This document shows positions 1 through 9,401 of a DNA stretch of 64,000 nt, piece after piece. This DNA comes from Methanobacteriota archaeon. GTDB lineage: Archaea > JAADCQ01 > Methanopyri > Methanopyrales > Methanopyraceae. The DNA lies in the NCBI GenBank assembly GCA_027064305.1, contig JAMOPY010000001.1, positions 1 through 64,000 on the forward strand, read 5' to 3'. Below the pieces are notes generated by a model. It did no database searches. It was not told the DNA's origin and worked only from the letters and a program-made list of their open reading frames with translations. The translations under genes and the position numbers were made by a program. Within the stretch, counting starts at the first letter, position 1; each line of letters starts with the position of its first letter.

Positions 1-395
1 CCCAGAATCCACTCGAACGACATCCCGGCCGCGCTCAGCACGCAGGCCCAGCGGGCCCTCCGACCGAACCCGAGGCTGCGCGCCAGCGCGTACACGCCCA
101 GGCAGAACACCCACGCGGCCAGCACCAGCCCCACCGCGAACGCGCGCTCCCCACCGACCACCCCGGACAGCGGCGCGATCAGGTAGTAGGGCAGGAAGCA
201 GTACAGCGTCGTGTACGGGAACCCCAGGTACCAGTACGGGCACACGTCCGCGGGCGCCCTCCCCTCCAGGATCAGCCGGGCGTACTCGGCCCCGAACGCG
301 TGCGCGGGCGCGTCCCTCGGGAACAGCGGCTCCACCAGCACCGGCCCCGCACCCAGCAACGCCGCCAACAGCGCGACCCACCAGGCCCGGATCAT
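1..395 (-). CDS. Membrane protein, PTPS-related / GT-C-like fold (partial, runs off window start)
   Basis: Manual translation from ATG 395: MIRAWWVALLAALLG...CPYWYLGFPYTTLYCFLPYYL..., followed by TM segments. The WYxGxP...Y pattern resembles PTPS-related membrane proteins. Confidence 0.6.
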   Translation of the reverse strand, partial: MIRAWWVALLAALLGAGPVLVEPLFPRDAPAHAFGAEYARLILEGRAPADVCPYWYLGFPYTTLYCFLPYYLIAPLSGVVGGERAFAVGLVLAAWVFCLGVYALARSLGFGRRARWACVLSAAGMSFEWIL

Positions 396-667
396 CCCCG
401 CACCCACCCGTCGAATCCTCCGACGATTCCCATCCGCCCCGAGCCCCGCGCCGGGTGGGAACGGCGTCGCGACCCGAAGAAGACCCGGGCGGCGGGTCCC
501 GGCCCCCGGGTCACGGGCACAACGGCCCGCCTCAGCGCCCCTCGGCCCCCCGGACTTTTAAGCCTGTTAGTTGAGGACCGGCCCGCGGACGGGGCGCTCA
601 CCTCCTCGACGCCGATCGCCGACCGCGGCACGGGCCCGCGAGCGGAGGTCGTCGGGGGCCGGGGGAG

Positions 668-2629
668 GTGCTCCAGCAGGCGGTCCTGGCGACCCTCCTG
701 ACGCTATCCCCACCTCTCCAGTCCGCCCCGGGCTGGACGGAACAGCCCGACGTCACGGTCTACGTTCACGTTCATTCGTGGAGGGACGTTCTAACCTGCA
801 ACTGGAGGCTCACCGAACCGGGCACCCGCACGGCCGAGCGGACCCTGCACGCGGCCCTCTCCGAGCTCAACGTCTGTCACGAGATCGCCGGGTGCGACTG
901 GACCGTATCCACCCACTACATGGACCTGGACGTGCACCCGCGGCCCGGTGAGGTCAGAGGGTGGTGGGACGTCATCCCATTTTCGATCCGAGGCGAGGGA
1001 CGGCTCGAGTTCCCCGAACTCCGGGTAGTGGGCCGCTCCGCGGGTCCTGAGGGGCCCCGAACCGCCGACCTGACCCTGCGTCCCTCCGTCGAGGTCGTTC
1101 GACTCGGGAACCGGCGCGCGCTCCTATACGCGCTGCAGGGGTACCTAACGGTCCGAGGGACGGGCGGAGCGCGCCGGGTCGGGATCCGGCTGCGCGTGCT
1201 CATCGACCCGATCGATCCGCTGGAATCGGTGCTGAACGTTGGTGGCCCGGTGGTGGACCTGAGGAGGGCGAGCGTGACGCTGATCCCGGACGGCCTAACC
1301 CTGAGCGCTCAGCTCCTGGAGAGACTGCCCGAGGGTTCCTCCGCCTACGCGCTCGCCCGGATCGAATCCCCCGGCGGCACCCTGGCGCTCAGCACCAGGA
1401 AGCACCGCGAGGTCCGGCGCGAGCGCAACGGGGTGGTCATCGTCACCCACACGGAGCGGCCGTCGGGGGAGCTCTCCGGACTCCCCCTTCGCCCGCTCAG
1501 GATCCGGCTGGAGCTGCACGACGACGAGGGACGGATCGTGGGCACCTACGAGTACACGATCCGCGTCGGGCCCGCCGTGATCCACCCCTTCGGCCCCCGG
1601 TACCTGATCGTCTCGATCGAGGGCGGAGGGACCGGGTCGCCCGGAGTGACGGTCGCGGGCTGGCGCGCGATCGAGGGGGACGGGGAGCGCCCGGAGACCG
1701 TGCTCCTGTGGACCGCGTACCACGATGACCCGGGCGGCCGGCGCACGTTCACCCTCCTCCTCAGGCTGGCGGCCCGACTCCCGTGGACCCCACCCGACCC
1801 AGCCACCCTCCTCGACGGCCTGCTGGGAACCTCCACCACCCTCCTGACCCTCGCCCTCAGCCGGCTCCTGGGGGTGCCCCCGGAGGCCCTGTACGGGTGG
1901 CGAAGCGTTCCCCGGCTGCCCCCGAGGTACGCGCTCGCCGGCCTCGCCGCGTGCCTCACGGCCCTCGCCACCCGGCACTACCTGGGCCCGCTCACCTACG
2001 CGACCCTCGGCGTGTTCGTTCCCGAGGGCTTCCTCACCGGCGTACCCCTCGCCCTCTGGGGCCTCCGACTGATCGCCGCCGGCACCGGGCTGCCCCTCCC
2101 CGCGGTCGGCGCCCTCGGCTGGCTCGTCCAGTGGATCTTCGACGAGAACGAGGAGCCCGACGTAATCCCGCCCAACTACTGGTACCTGCCCAGGGTCGTC
2201 ATCTCCCGATCCCCGCTCTGGTACCTGGGCCGCGCGCTGGCCGACCTGGACGCGCTGCTGGAGTACCTCGCCACGGGCGCGATCCTCGTCAGCCTCCCAC
2301 TCCCGCTCGCCCAGCTCGCCTGGACCCTCCTCTGGGCCCCCACCGGCCTGACCGACCTACCCATCATCCTCCTCGCGCTGGCCCAGACGGCCCTTACCGA
2401 CCCGGGCTCCCTGGTCCCCACCGCGTGCTCGCTGCTCCCCGTACTCCCGCTCCTCGCGCCCCCACCCGCCTGGCTCACGATCCCGGCCGGCATACCCGCC
2501 CTCCTGGTCCACGCGGGCAGCGTCCTACTGTCCACGCGCCTCCTGACCGCGGAACCCACCACGACCGTCCGGGTCACCCTCACCGTCACCCGGGCCCGAT
2601 CCAACGGGGCCGCTCCCGACACCCAGTGA
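668..2629 (+). CDS. Lineage-specific membrane protein: signal peptide, extracellular beta-rich region, multi-TM C-terminus
   Basis: 653-aa ORF, GGGGGAG SD-like site, hydrophobic N-terminus and Leu-rich C-terminal helices. Confidence 0.7.
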   Translation: MLQQAVLATLLTLSPPLQSAPGWTEQPDVTVYVHVHSWRDVLTCNWRLTEPGTRTAERTLHAALSELNVCHEIAGCDWTVSTHYMDLDVHPRPGEVRGWWDVIPFSIRGEGRLEFPELRVVGRSAGPEGPRTADLTLRPSVEVVRLGNRRALLYALQGYLTVRGTGGARRVGIRLRVLIDPIDPLESVLNVGGPVVDLRRASVTLIPDGLTLSAQLLERLPEGSSAYALARIESPGGTLALSTRKHREVRRERNGVVIVTHTERPSGELSGLPLRPLRIRLELHDDEGRIVGTYEYTIRVGPAVIHPFGPRYLIVSIEGGGTGSPGVTVAGWRAIEGDGERPETVLLWTAYHDDPGGRRTFTLLLRLAARLPWTPPDPATLLDGLLGTSTTLLTLALSRLLGVPPEALYGWRSVPRLPPRYALAGLAACLTALATRHYLGPLTYATLGVFVPEGFLTGVPLALWGLRLIAAGTGLPLPAVGALGWLVQWIFDENEEPDVIPPNYWYLPRVVISRSPLWYLGRALADLDALLEYLATGAILVSLPLPLAQLAWTLLWAPTGLTDLPIILLALAQTALTDPGSLVPTACSLLPVLPLLAPPPAWLTIPAGIPALLVHAGSVLLSTRLLTAEPTTTVRVTLTVTRARSNGAAPDTQ

Positions 2630-2695
2630 TTTTGTTCCGTGAACGGAAAAACTTTCATGACCCAGAAGGACTCCTGGGTGACGGGGTGATCACCC

Positions 2696-5600
2696 TTGAC
2701 CCCCGCGGCGATCGTCCTCGCCGCGGCGCTGCTGCTGATTCCCGGCCCGACCGGCGCCGACACCGTGATCCGGGTCAGCAACTGCCCCGATCACGTCGTC
2801 GTCTGGGACGAGACGCACGACCGACCGGCCACCGTTAACCTGTGGAAAAACTACCTGTCGAACCCCCAGCAACCGGTGCAGGACGTCACCGTGAACAACC
2901 AAACCTACCACCTCGTCGAGTACAGTTTGAACGGCGACTACTTCGACTCACCGTTCGCCCACGACGTCGTGGCCCGGATCGTCGCCAAGGACGGCGGTGA
3001 CGAACCGGATCGGGACTCCGTGGATCACGTCGTGAGGAACCAGCCGGCGGGCTCGGCCGGCGACATTGAGCGGTGCCTCTCCCTCCTGGGCGTGTGCCTG
3101 TACAGCGAGGAGACCATCTCCACGCAGCAGGGTCAGTCCGTCAGGTACCACTACTTCGTGACGTGCGACGGGTGGGACGCGTACTTCGACGAGGACCTGT
3201 GGCCCACGCGGGACCTGAACGGGGACGGGCGCGACGAGCCTACCATCCTGTGGATGCCCGTGGGCTCCCGCCAAGTCCGAGAAACCGTCCCGTTCCTGAT
3301 CCAGCCCAAGAACGACAGGAACGCGGTCCTGATCGCGGAAAAGCCGGCGGACTGGAAGATCGACGTTAACGGGCAGGAAGAGAGCCTGTCCAACTGGATC
3401 GCGCGCGTCCGCCTGAGCCTGCCCCAGGTTCACGCCGAGAACGTGTACCTACTGTACGTCGTGGGCGGGCCCGCGGAGGAGCAGCCCAAGGCCACCGTTC
3501 ACGTGGACTACCTCGAGGGCGGCGAGACCACGGTCGGGTTCACGCTGCTGGACTGGTGCATCACGTCGGTCGACCCGAACCTGTTCGTGATCGACGTGAA
3601 CCGCGGCGTGGGCCTCTCCATGCCCCAACGGGTCCACCTCTTCTCCACCGGCGGTCCACCCCAGGGCAGCCACCGGGAGATCATCTGGACGCACATCCAC
3701 GCGATCAAGGTCCCGGTGGACGAGACGAGGACGCTGAAGAGCCTGTGGGTGGACGTCGACCTCTCCACCCTGAGCCCGGACCGACCGTACTACATCTGGC
3801 TGCTGGCGCTCACGATCAAGCGGGCCGACGGGACCTACCTCCTCGTTCTCGGACCCCAGCACTGGATCGAGATCGCCCCGAACCGCGGGATCAACCTGAC
3901 CGTCTCGTTCCAGAACCTGAGCACCGTCGGGAACGACCTGGCGTTCGACATGGAGGTCACGCTGGAGACCAACGACACCACCTTCGTGAACAACCTGGAC
4001 CGCGTGACCCTGTCGTTCTACGGTAACTGCACCGTCGGGGACCGGACCCGGCCGGTGCACCTGGAGGTCAGGGTCCCCCAGGACCTGGAGCGGCTGGTGC
4101 GGGACGGGCTCCGGAGCTCTTACGACCCGTCCCAGGGCAGGTCGGTCTACCGACCGCCGCAGGTCGAGTTGGGCGTGGACCAGGACGCCGCCAACGCCAT
4201 CGGCGCCAACGTTCAGAGCGTGAGCGACGTGCAGCCGGTGGAGATGGACCTGCGGGTCTGGTCGTACGACCTCACCGGCGTCCGCGACAACGCCGGTAAC
4301 GCGGTCCCCGTCTCCATCGTCGCGGTACCGGGACTGGTGCTGACGTTCACCGGGAACCCCATCAACATCACCAGCGGCAGCGTGGACTTCCTTTACTACC
4401 TGGAGAAGGGTGGGAGAGCCACCGTCGTCGCGGAGCTGACCGTCAACTTCAACACCGCAAGCGACGCCGTCAACGCCACCCGACTCCTGGTGAAGGCGGA
4501 GACACCCACCAGCCACCTGCCCCTCGCCATCGGGTACGTGGACTACAAGACCACGAACTACTCCTCCCTGAACACCGAGGACACGAAGCTCGGGGACGGT
4601 TCGGCCGTCATCCAGCCCGACTCACCGGCCGTCGACAGCGGCAGCCGGGAGCAGTCCTCCACAGGGAAGTATTACTACTTCAAGTCGCCGATCCACGTCA
4701 AGCTGTGGTTCGAAGGCCCCGCGGACGTGATCCGGAACGAGGGCATCAAGATCACCGTGTCCCTGTCGGGCACGTACGGGGCGGAGAGCAACGAGCTCGA
4801 CCTATCCCTGGACCAATCCGAGTTCGAAAAAATACCCAGGATCACCGAGTTCAAGTTCGCCAAGCACTACGACTCCCAGCAGGACAAGGCCGACATCAAG
4901 ATCGTGGCGACCGTGAAGCTACCGGACAACATGACGATCTCAGACGTGAGCACGACGGCCTCCGCGAAGGTCTACTCGAAGTCCGGCGAGCAGCAGCCCA
5001 CGCTATCCATGGTTTCACAGAGCAAGGTCGGGAGCGACAACAAGTGGGAGATCACGTACGAGGGGTCCGTCACCGGGGATCCGCTCCTGGCGCTGATCAC
5101 GTTCACGCTGGAGCCGGGCACCAGCTACACCGGGCGGGTCGGGTTCCACATCGAGTTCAACCACGTGTGGCCGGCCGACGCGTTCATCTCCGACATCAAA
5201 AGCTGCGAGCTGGTCACCTCGGACGGAACCAGGTACCTGAAGGTTGAGGCGAAGCTGACCTACTACGTCAGCGGGGACGTGACCTTAAGGTACGACGGGA
5301 ACCCGGTGCTGATGGAGGTGAACGGGCAGACCTACGTGGGAAGGTTCAGCGTTTCAACCAACAACCTCGGTCAAGGGAGCTCAACCAACAACACCGGTAA
5401 AGGGAGCAAGATTAATATCACAGAGAGCAAGGTTGACATCACACTATGGGTTCCGGCCGAGCCAGGAAAACATGTGATGGAGGTTGAATTCTCCGGTACC
5501 GTGATGAATGAGACGGTTGTCACCACGAAGACGTACTGCTACTGGGACATTACCATAACCGAACCGAAGGTCAAGGGAGCGTGGCAGGTATGGTACGATA

Positions 5601-7234
5601 ACCGAGACGGTAAAGTCCTGGTGTCGGTGATGGCCATGGATGGTCTGTCCATAGAGGCCGATCTTCAGTATCAGAGTAAGGTAGAGGAGACGAAGAAAGA
5701 GAACAACGTTGAATGGACGTATTACTACCTGGAGACTGCCAGCAAGTCTTTCCGGATATTCGCGTCCTCGGAGGAGCTGGAGCTACCCAACGGCGAGAGG
5801 ACATCAGTTCAGCGAGTGGGCGACTACGTGATCGCATGGATACCGATCAACTACGTCAAAGAGTGGATGGAGTCTGGGGGAGTGGCGACTTTCTATCTGG
5901 TGGAGAGACTAAGCAATGGGGATGAATGCAAGTACGGGTTCGGAGTTAGATTCACTAAGATCTCGTGGAGATCAGGTGACGTATGCGTGAACGTCATGCG
6001 GGTGGGAGACGTAATCGAACTGGACGTTTGGAGGGTGGATCTGGGTAACGATAACAAGGTCAAGAGTATCGATCACGTGGGGAGCAAGGTCCTGCACGGT
6101 TGCAGTGATCCGGTGTACTTAGGGGATAATCTGCTAGTGTATTACGATGGGGGTAAGGGTGCGCAGGTGTGTGGTAGGGTCGTGGTGGATGTGAACAATA
6201 AGAAGGTGGATGTGACGCCGTTGAGTGGTTTCGGTTCCGGCGTGGATGAGGATAACGATGGGCGCGCGGACTACCGGGTGCGCGCGTTCTACGACGGCGC
6301 GGATCTGGTGCTGATGGCGGTCTCGGTGGATGAGCGGGATCGGTACGCGTGCGAGCTGGTCCGTGAACCGGCCGACGTCGGCGCGGTGAGCGTGGTGGGG
6401 CCGCTGGTGATCGCACGACTCACCAACGGCACGGAACGCGCGTACTGGGTGTCCCGAAACGGTGTGAAGGAGGCGGTGGATTGCGAGGAGGTTCAGGGCG
6501 GGTTCGTGGTGTCCCTAGCGGCGGGCGGCGGGGTGGAAGTGCTGGAGGTGCTGAGCGGGAACGGGGTCGGCGTGATCGAGCGGCCGGTGGCCTCGGGTGG
6601 GAACGTGTTCCTCTTCCGGGATGGGGTCTTGGTGTCGGTGGACGATCAGGGCAAGATCGCGTCCGTGAGCCGTGCGAGCCACAGGGACGTGAGCGTCTAC
6701 GGGTCCGATGCGAGGGCGTGGGTGACCGAGGATGGGCTGGTGGTCGTCGTCAAGGGTGGTGAGGTGCTGGGCTCGTACAGGCTGCCCGGGAAGATCGTGA
6801 GCGTGGACGCCGAGCACGGGGTGGTCCTGTGTCGGGTGGACGGCGGACCGCGTCCGGTGTTGCTGACGGTGTCCGGAACGGTGTCCCCGGTGCTGCAGGG
6901 TTGGTCGGTGGATGGGAGGCGGGTGTTCGTGTTCGAGGTGGGCGGCCGGTCCGTGGTGGTGCTGGTCGCCGACGGTGAGGTGCTGGCGGTGGATGAGGCA
7001 CCGGGTCGGCCGGTGTTGTTGGAGGGTGGTGTGTTGGTGACGAGTGCGGGCGCGTGGTGGGTGACGTCGGGTGGGCTGGCGAGCCCGGAGCGGGTGAGCG
7101 GTGGTCAGGGTCGGGTGATGGGCAGGCCGGTGAGCGCGCGCGTGCGATCCTTGGGCGGTGGCGGTGGCGGCGGGGGCGGTCCGGTGATCCCGGTGCTCCC
7201 ACCCGTCCGACGCCGCCGACGGGCGACGGCTTAA
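2696..7234 (+). CDS. Large secreted/surface protein (1512 aa) with C-terminal Gly-PVIPVLPPV-RRRRR tail
   Basis: Signal peptide, beta-rich sequence, DLNGDGRDE and DEDNDGRAD Ca-binding-like loops, GGGGTGA SD. Confidence 0.85.
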   Translation: MTPAAIVLAAALLLIPGPTGADTVIRVSNCPDHVVVWDETHDRPATVNLWKNYLSNPQQPVQDVTVNNQTYHLVEYSLNGDYFDSPFAHDVVARIVAKDGGDEPDRDSVDHVVRNQPAGSAGDIERCLSLLGVCLYSEETISTQQGQSVRYHYFVTCDGWDAYFDEDLWPTRDLNGDGRDEPTILWMPVGSRQVRETVPFLIQPKNDRNAVLIAEKPADWKIDVNGQEESLSNWIARVRLSLPQVHAENVYLLYVVGGPAEEQPKATVHVDYLEGGETTVGFTLLDWCITSVDPNLFVIDVNRGVGLSMPQRVHLFSTGGPPQGSHREIIWTHIHAIKVPVDETRTLKSLWVDVDLSTLSPDRPYYIWLLALTIKRADGTYLLVLGPQHWIEIAPNRGINLTVSFQNLSTVGNDLAFDMEVTLETNDTTFVNNLDRVTLSFYGNCTVGDRTRPVHLEVRVPQDLERLVRDGLRSSYDPSQGRSVYRPPQVELGVDQDAANAIGANVQSVSDVQPVEMDLRVWSYDLTGVRDNAGNAVPVSIVAVPGLVLTFTGNPINITSGSVDFLYYLEKGGRATVVAELTVNFNTASDAVNATRLLVKAETPTSHLPLAIGYVDYKTTNYSSLNTEDTKLGDGSAVIQPDSPAVDSGSREQSSTGKYYYFKSPIHVKLWFEGPADVIRNEGIKITVSLSGTYGAESNELDLSLDQSEFEKIPRITEFKFAKHYDSQQDKADIKIVATVKLPDNMTISDVSTTASAKVYSKSGEQQPTLSMVSQSKVGSDNKWEITYEGSVTGDPLLALITFTLEPGTSYTGRVGFHIEFNHVWPADAFISDIKSCELVTSDGTRYLKVEAKLTYYVSGDVTLRYDGNPVLMEVNGQTYVGRFSVSTNNLGQGSSTNNTGKGSKINITESKVDITLWVPAEPGKHVMEVEFSGTVMNETVVTTKTYCYWDITITEPKVKGAWQVWYDNRDGKVLVSVMAMDGLSIEADLQYQSKVEETKKENNVEWTYYYLETASKSFRIFASSEELELPNGERTSVQRVGDYVIAWIPINYVKEWMESGGVATFYLVERLSNGDECKYGFGVRFTKISWRSGDVCVNVMRVGDVIELDVWRVDLGNDNKVKSIDHVGSKVLHGCSDPVYLGDNLLVYYDGGKGAQVCGRVVVDVNNKKVDVTPLSGFGSGVDEDNDGRADYRVRAFYDGADLVLMAVSVDERDRYACELVREPADVGAVSVVGPLVIARLTNGTERAYWVSRNGVKEAVDCEEVQGGFVVSLAAGGGVEVLEVLSGNGVGVIERPVASGGNVFLFRDGVLVSVDDQGKIASVSRASHRDVSVYGSDARAWVTEDGLVVVVKGGEVLGSYRLPGKIVSVDAEHGVVLCRVDGGPRPVLLTVSGTVSPVLQGWSVDGRRVFVFEVGGRSVVVLVADGEVLAVDEAPGRPVLLEGGVLVTSAGAWWVTSGGLASPERVSGGQGRVMGRPVSARVRSLGGGGGGGGGPVIPVLPPVRRRRRATA

Positions 7235-7292
7235 CGCTCCCCCTCAAGCTCAAGATTTTTGTTTTACGAACGCTGGAAAACCGGTCGGGGGC

Positions 7293-8540
7293 GTGGTGAT
7301 GAGGCCCGTATGGGCGGTAGCGGTGGCGCTTTCGGTGATGCTGGCCCCGGGGTTGGCGGAGAAGGTACCGTCGTCGGTGCCGGGCCACTTGGATCGGGCG
7401 CCTGCCCCCTCGATCGTGAAGTCGGGGAGCGTGTCGCTGGTCTGCTGGCTGGAGCGGGCTGGTTCCGGCGTGGAGCCGGCGGTGCTGGTGGGCCAGGTGT
7501 CCGGGAGCGGGCTGCAGGGTGCGGTGAAGCTGGTGGGGCCGCGGCTGTCGTCGAAGCAGACGTGGTGGTCGGTGGCGCCGTACCGGGCGTCGAAGGACTC
7601 GGTGGAGTTGATCTGGGCGCTGCCGGTCGGTGACGATCGGGTCGGCGTGTACCTGGTGCGCGTGTCCAAGGGCGGCAAGGGGTGGTCCGCGAGCTTCGAT
7701 CCGGTGCGGTTGTACGATCATGTGCCGGTGGTGGTGAAGGGCGGTGATGGGTTCCCGGTGTGCGCCGTGGCCAGCCTGGGAGGGGATCGGGTGCTGGTGG
7801 TGTACTACAACGGCGGCTCGATCCGGGCGCGGGTGCTGGAGTACGTGAGCGTCAAGCAGCTCGGGAAGAAGGTGTGGAGGTGGGCGCTGGACCAGAAGAC
7901 GGGGCTGCCCTGGGAGCTGGAGGTGTTGAAGGGGGTGTCGAAGAACGTGTGGCTGCGGGTGGCGAGCGTGACGGCGGGCAAGGAGGTGCGGTGGGTGCTG
8001 TCGGTGTTCGATCCGGTGAAGGGGGTGTCGAAGCTGGTGGTGCTGAGGCCGTCCGGGAGCGTCGTGGCCGTGGAGCGGGTGATCGACGTGCCCGGCAAGG
8101 GGCTGGCGGTGGTGTACCCGGGCCGGCTGCCGGTGCCGGTCCTGGTGTGCGCGGGCGGCGCCCTGAAGGCGTACGTGCTGACCGGCGGGTGGAAGCTGTC
8201 GGGCGGTGCGGCGCTCGCGCAGGGGCTGCCGGGATGGGTAAGGGTGCCGGGACTGGCAAGGTGGAAGGATGGGTACGCGGCGGTGGTAGGTGGTAACGGC
8301 CCGAGGGTGATCGTGTTCGGGCTGAGCGGTAACGGCGTCTCGAAGCGGTACGAGGTGAGCCTGCCGGTGAGTTTCCTGTACCGGGTGAGCGCGTCGAACT
8401 TCGGCGGGTGGATGCTGGTCGCGGGTTACGGCAAGGGTGGCCTGGAGGTCCTCCCGGTGAACGTTCAGCCGCCCTCGTCCGGGGGTGGCGGTGGCCCGGT
8501 GCTCCCGTTCGTGCCGGTGCCCCGGCGGCGGAGGGAGTAA
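7293..8540 (+). CDS. Secreted protein, beta-propeller-like, with C-terminal GGGGG-PVLPFVPVP-RRRR tail
   Basis: 415-aa ORF, signal peptide (AVAVALSVMLAPGLA), same tail as upstream gene. Confidence 0.8.
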   Translation: MVMRPVWAVAVALSVMLAPGLAEKVPSSVPGHLDRAPAPSIVKSGSVSLVCWLERAGSGVEPAVLVGQVSGSGLQGAVKLVGPRLSSKQTWWSVAPYRASKDSVELIWALPVGDDRVGVYLVRVSKGGKGWSASFDPVRLYDHVPVVVKGGDGFPVCAVASLGGDRVLVVYYNGGSIRARVLEYVSVKQLGKKVWRWALDQKTGLPWELEVLKGVSKNVWLRVASVTAGKEVRWVLSVFDPVKGVSKLVVLRPSGSVVAVERVIDVPGKGLAVVYPGRLPVPVLVCAGGALKAYVLTGGWKLSGGAALAQGLPGWVRVPGLARWKDGYAAVVGGNGPRVIVFGLSGNGVSKRYEVSLPVSFLYRVSASNFGGWMLVAGYGKGGLEVLPVNVQPPSSGGGGGPVLPFVPVPRRRRE

Positions 8541-8560
8541 GGGCTCCCCTCCACCCACCG

Positions 8561-8587
8561 GCTATGTTATGAAATTTGAAACGTTTG
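8561..8587. promoter_or_regulatory. Copy of recurrent AT-rich palindrome (core TGTTATGA-AAT-TTGAAACG, degenerate)
   Basis: Aligns with copies at 27320, 41978, 45075 and 52854; about 25 bp after a stop codon. Confidence 0.45.
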
Positions 8588-8668
8588 GGCGACCCGCGTA
8601 CGGGCCCCGGGTGCCCCGTCGACGGGGCGGCGCTGATCGTAAGTGGGCCGGTGCGGATCGAGCCCCGC

Positions 8669-8738
8669 GGGCGATGACGAGTGTGGCCCCGGCGGCGGCA
8701 TCGCTGACCCGATGAGGACCTCGGAGCGCTCCGAGCCC
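8669..8738 (+). ncRNA. Candidate C/D box sRNA
   Basis: GGGC stem, C box ATGACGA (8674), D' CTGA (8704), C' ATGAGGA (8712), 12-nt guide, D CCGA (8731), GCCC stem. Confidence 0.55.
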
Positions 8739-8775
8739 CTCCACACTGGGCTAGGGGCCCGGTCTTGCAAGGTGC

Positions 8776-9066
8776 GTTAACTCCGGAACAAATCACTGCC
8801 AGCACGTCGAGGGCCTTCGCACGCTCGCGCACGAACTCGTCGACGCGCTCGTCTACGGTGACGTCCCGGAGAACTCCGAGAAGCTCCCGCAAATCGTGCC
8901 CCCGCGCGTGCTCCCCGGCGAGCAGGATCTGGGCGGCCTTAACCCCGAGCTGCGCGGCCTGCTCCGCCATGACCAGCGCCGGGTCGGTGTCCCCCGCGCT
9001 TTAGGAACCACCTCGCGGCCTCCAGCAAGCGGCCCGCTCCAAAATCTTCCTTCTCAGCCTCCGCAC
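8776..9066 (-). pseudogene. Decayed HEPN-domain protein
   Basis: Fragments ILERAA/LLEAARWFLKRG/DTDPALVMAEQAAQLGVKAAQILLAGEHARGHDLRELL read across frameshifts; AEQAAQLxxKA...H.LxEL is the HEPN (MNT-partner) signature. Confidence 0.6.
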
Positions 9067-9099
9067 TGTGAGTCCCGGGATGCGTCGGGACTCCGTCGG

Positions 9100-9357
9100 G
9101 CTTGGGTTAACCGTCGGAATTACCGGAAGTTCGCGTCGCGGTGGCGGGATCGCGGAGGCCGCCTGGCGCGCAAGGAGGTCCGAGTGTTCGTGCTCGGGAG
9201 TGCGGTCAAGGGGGAGGAGCTGCCCGGGAGCGGCCTGGACGTGCTGATCGTGTCCGGGGAGGTGCCGGAGCGTCACCCGATCGAGTTCCGCCTCGCCACC
9301 CCGGAAGAGTGCGAGAAGGTCCGACGGGTGCTCCTCGACGGGTGCGAGGGGTTTTGA
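9100..9357 (+). pseudogene. Degenerate minimal nucleotidyltransferase (MNT)
   Basis: VRVFVLGSAVKGEELPGSGLDVLIVS...HPIEF.LATPEE: GS motif present, first catalytic Asp replaced by Gly, apparent internal deletion. Confidence 0.6.
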
Positions 9358-9401
9358 CCGACCGCGGTCGGTGAGAAACTCGGGAAGTGAGGGCGTTCAG
9401 G

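Noticed and set aside
7255-7284. AT-rich GTTTTACGAACGCTGGAAAAC as another copy of the palindrome
   Set aside because: Spacing and right arm do not fit the consensus; more likely a T-rich terminator or promoter
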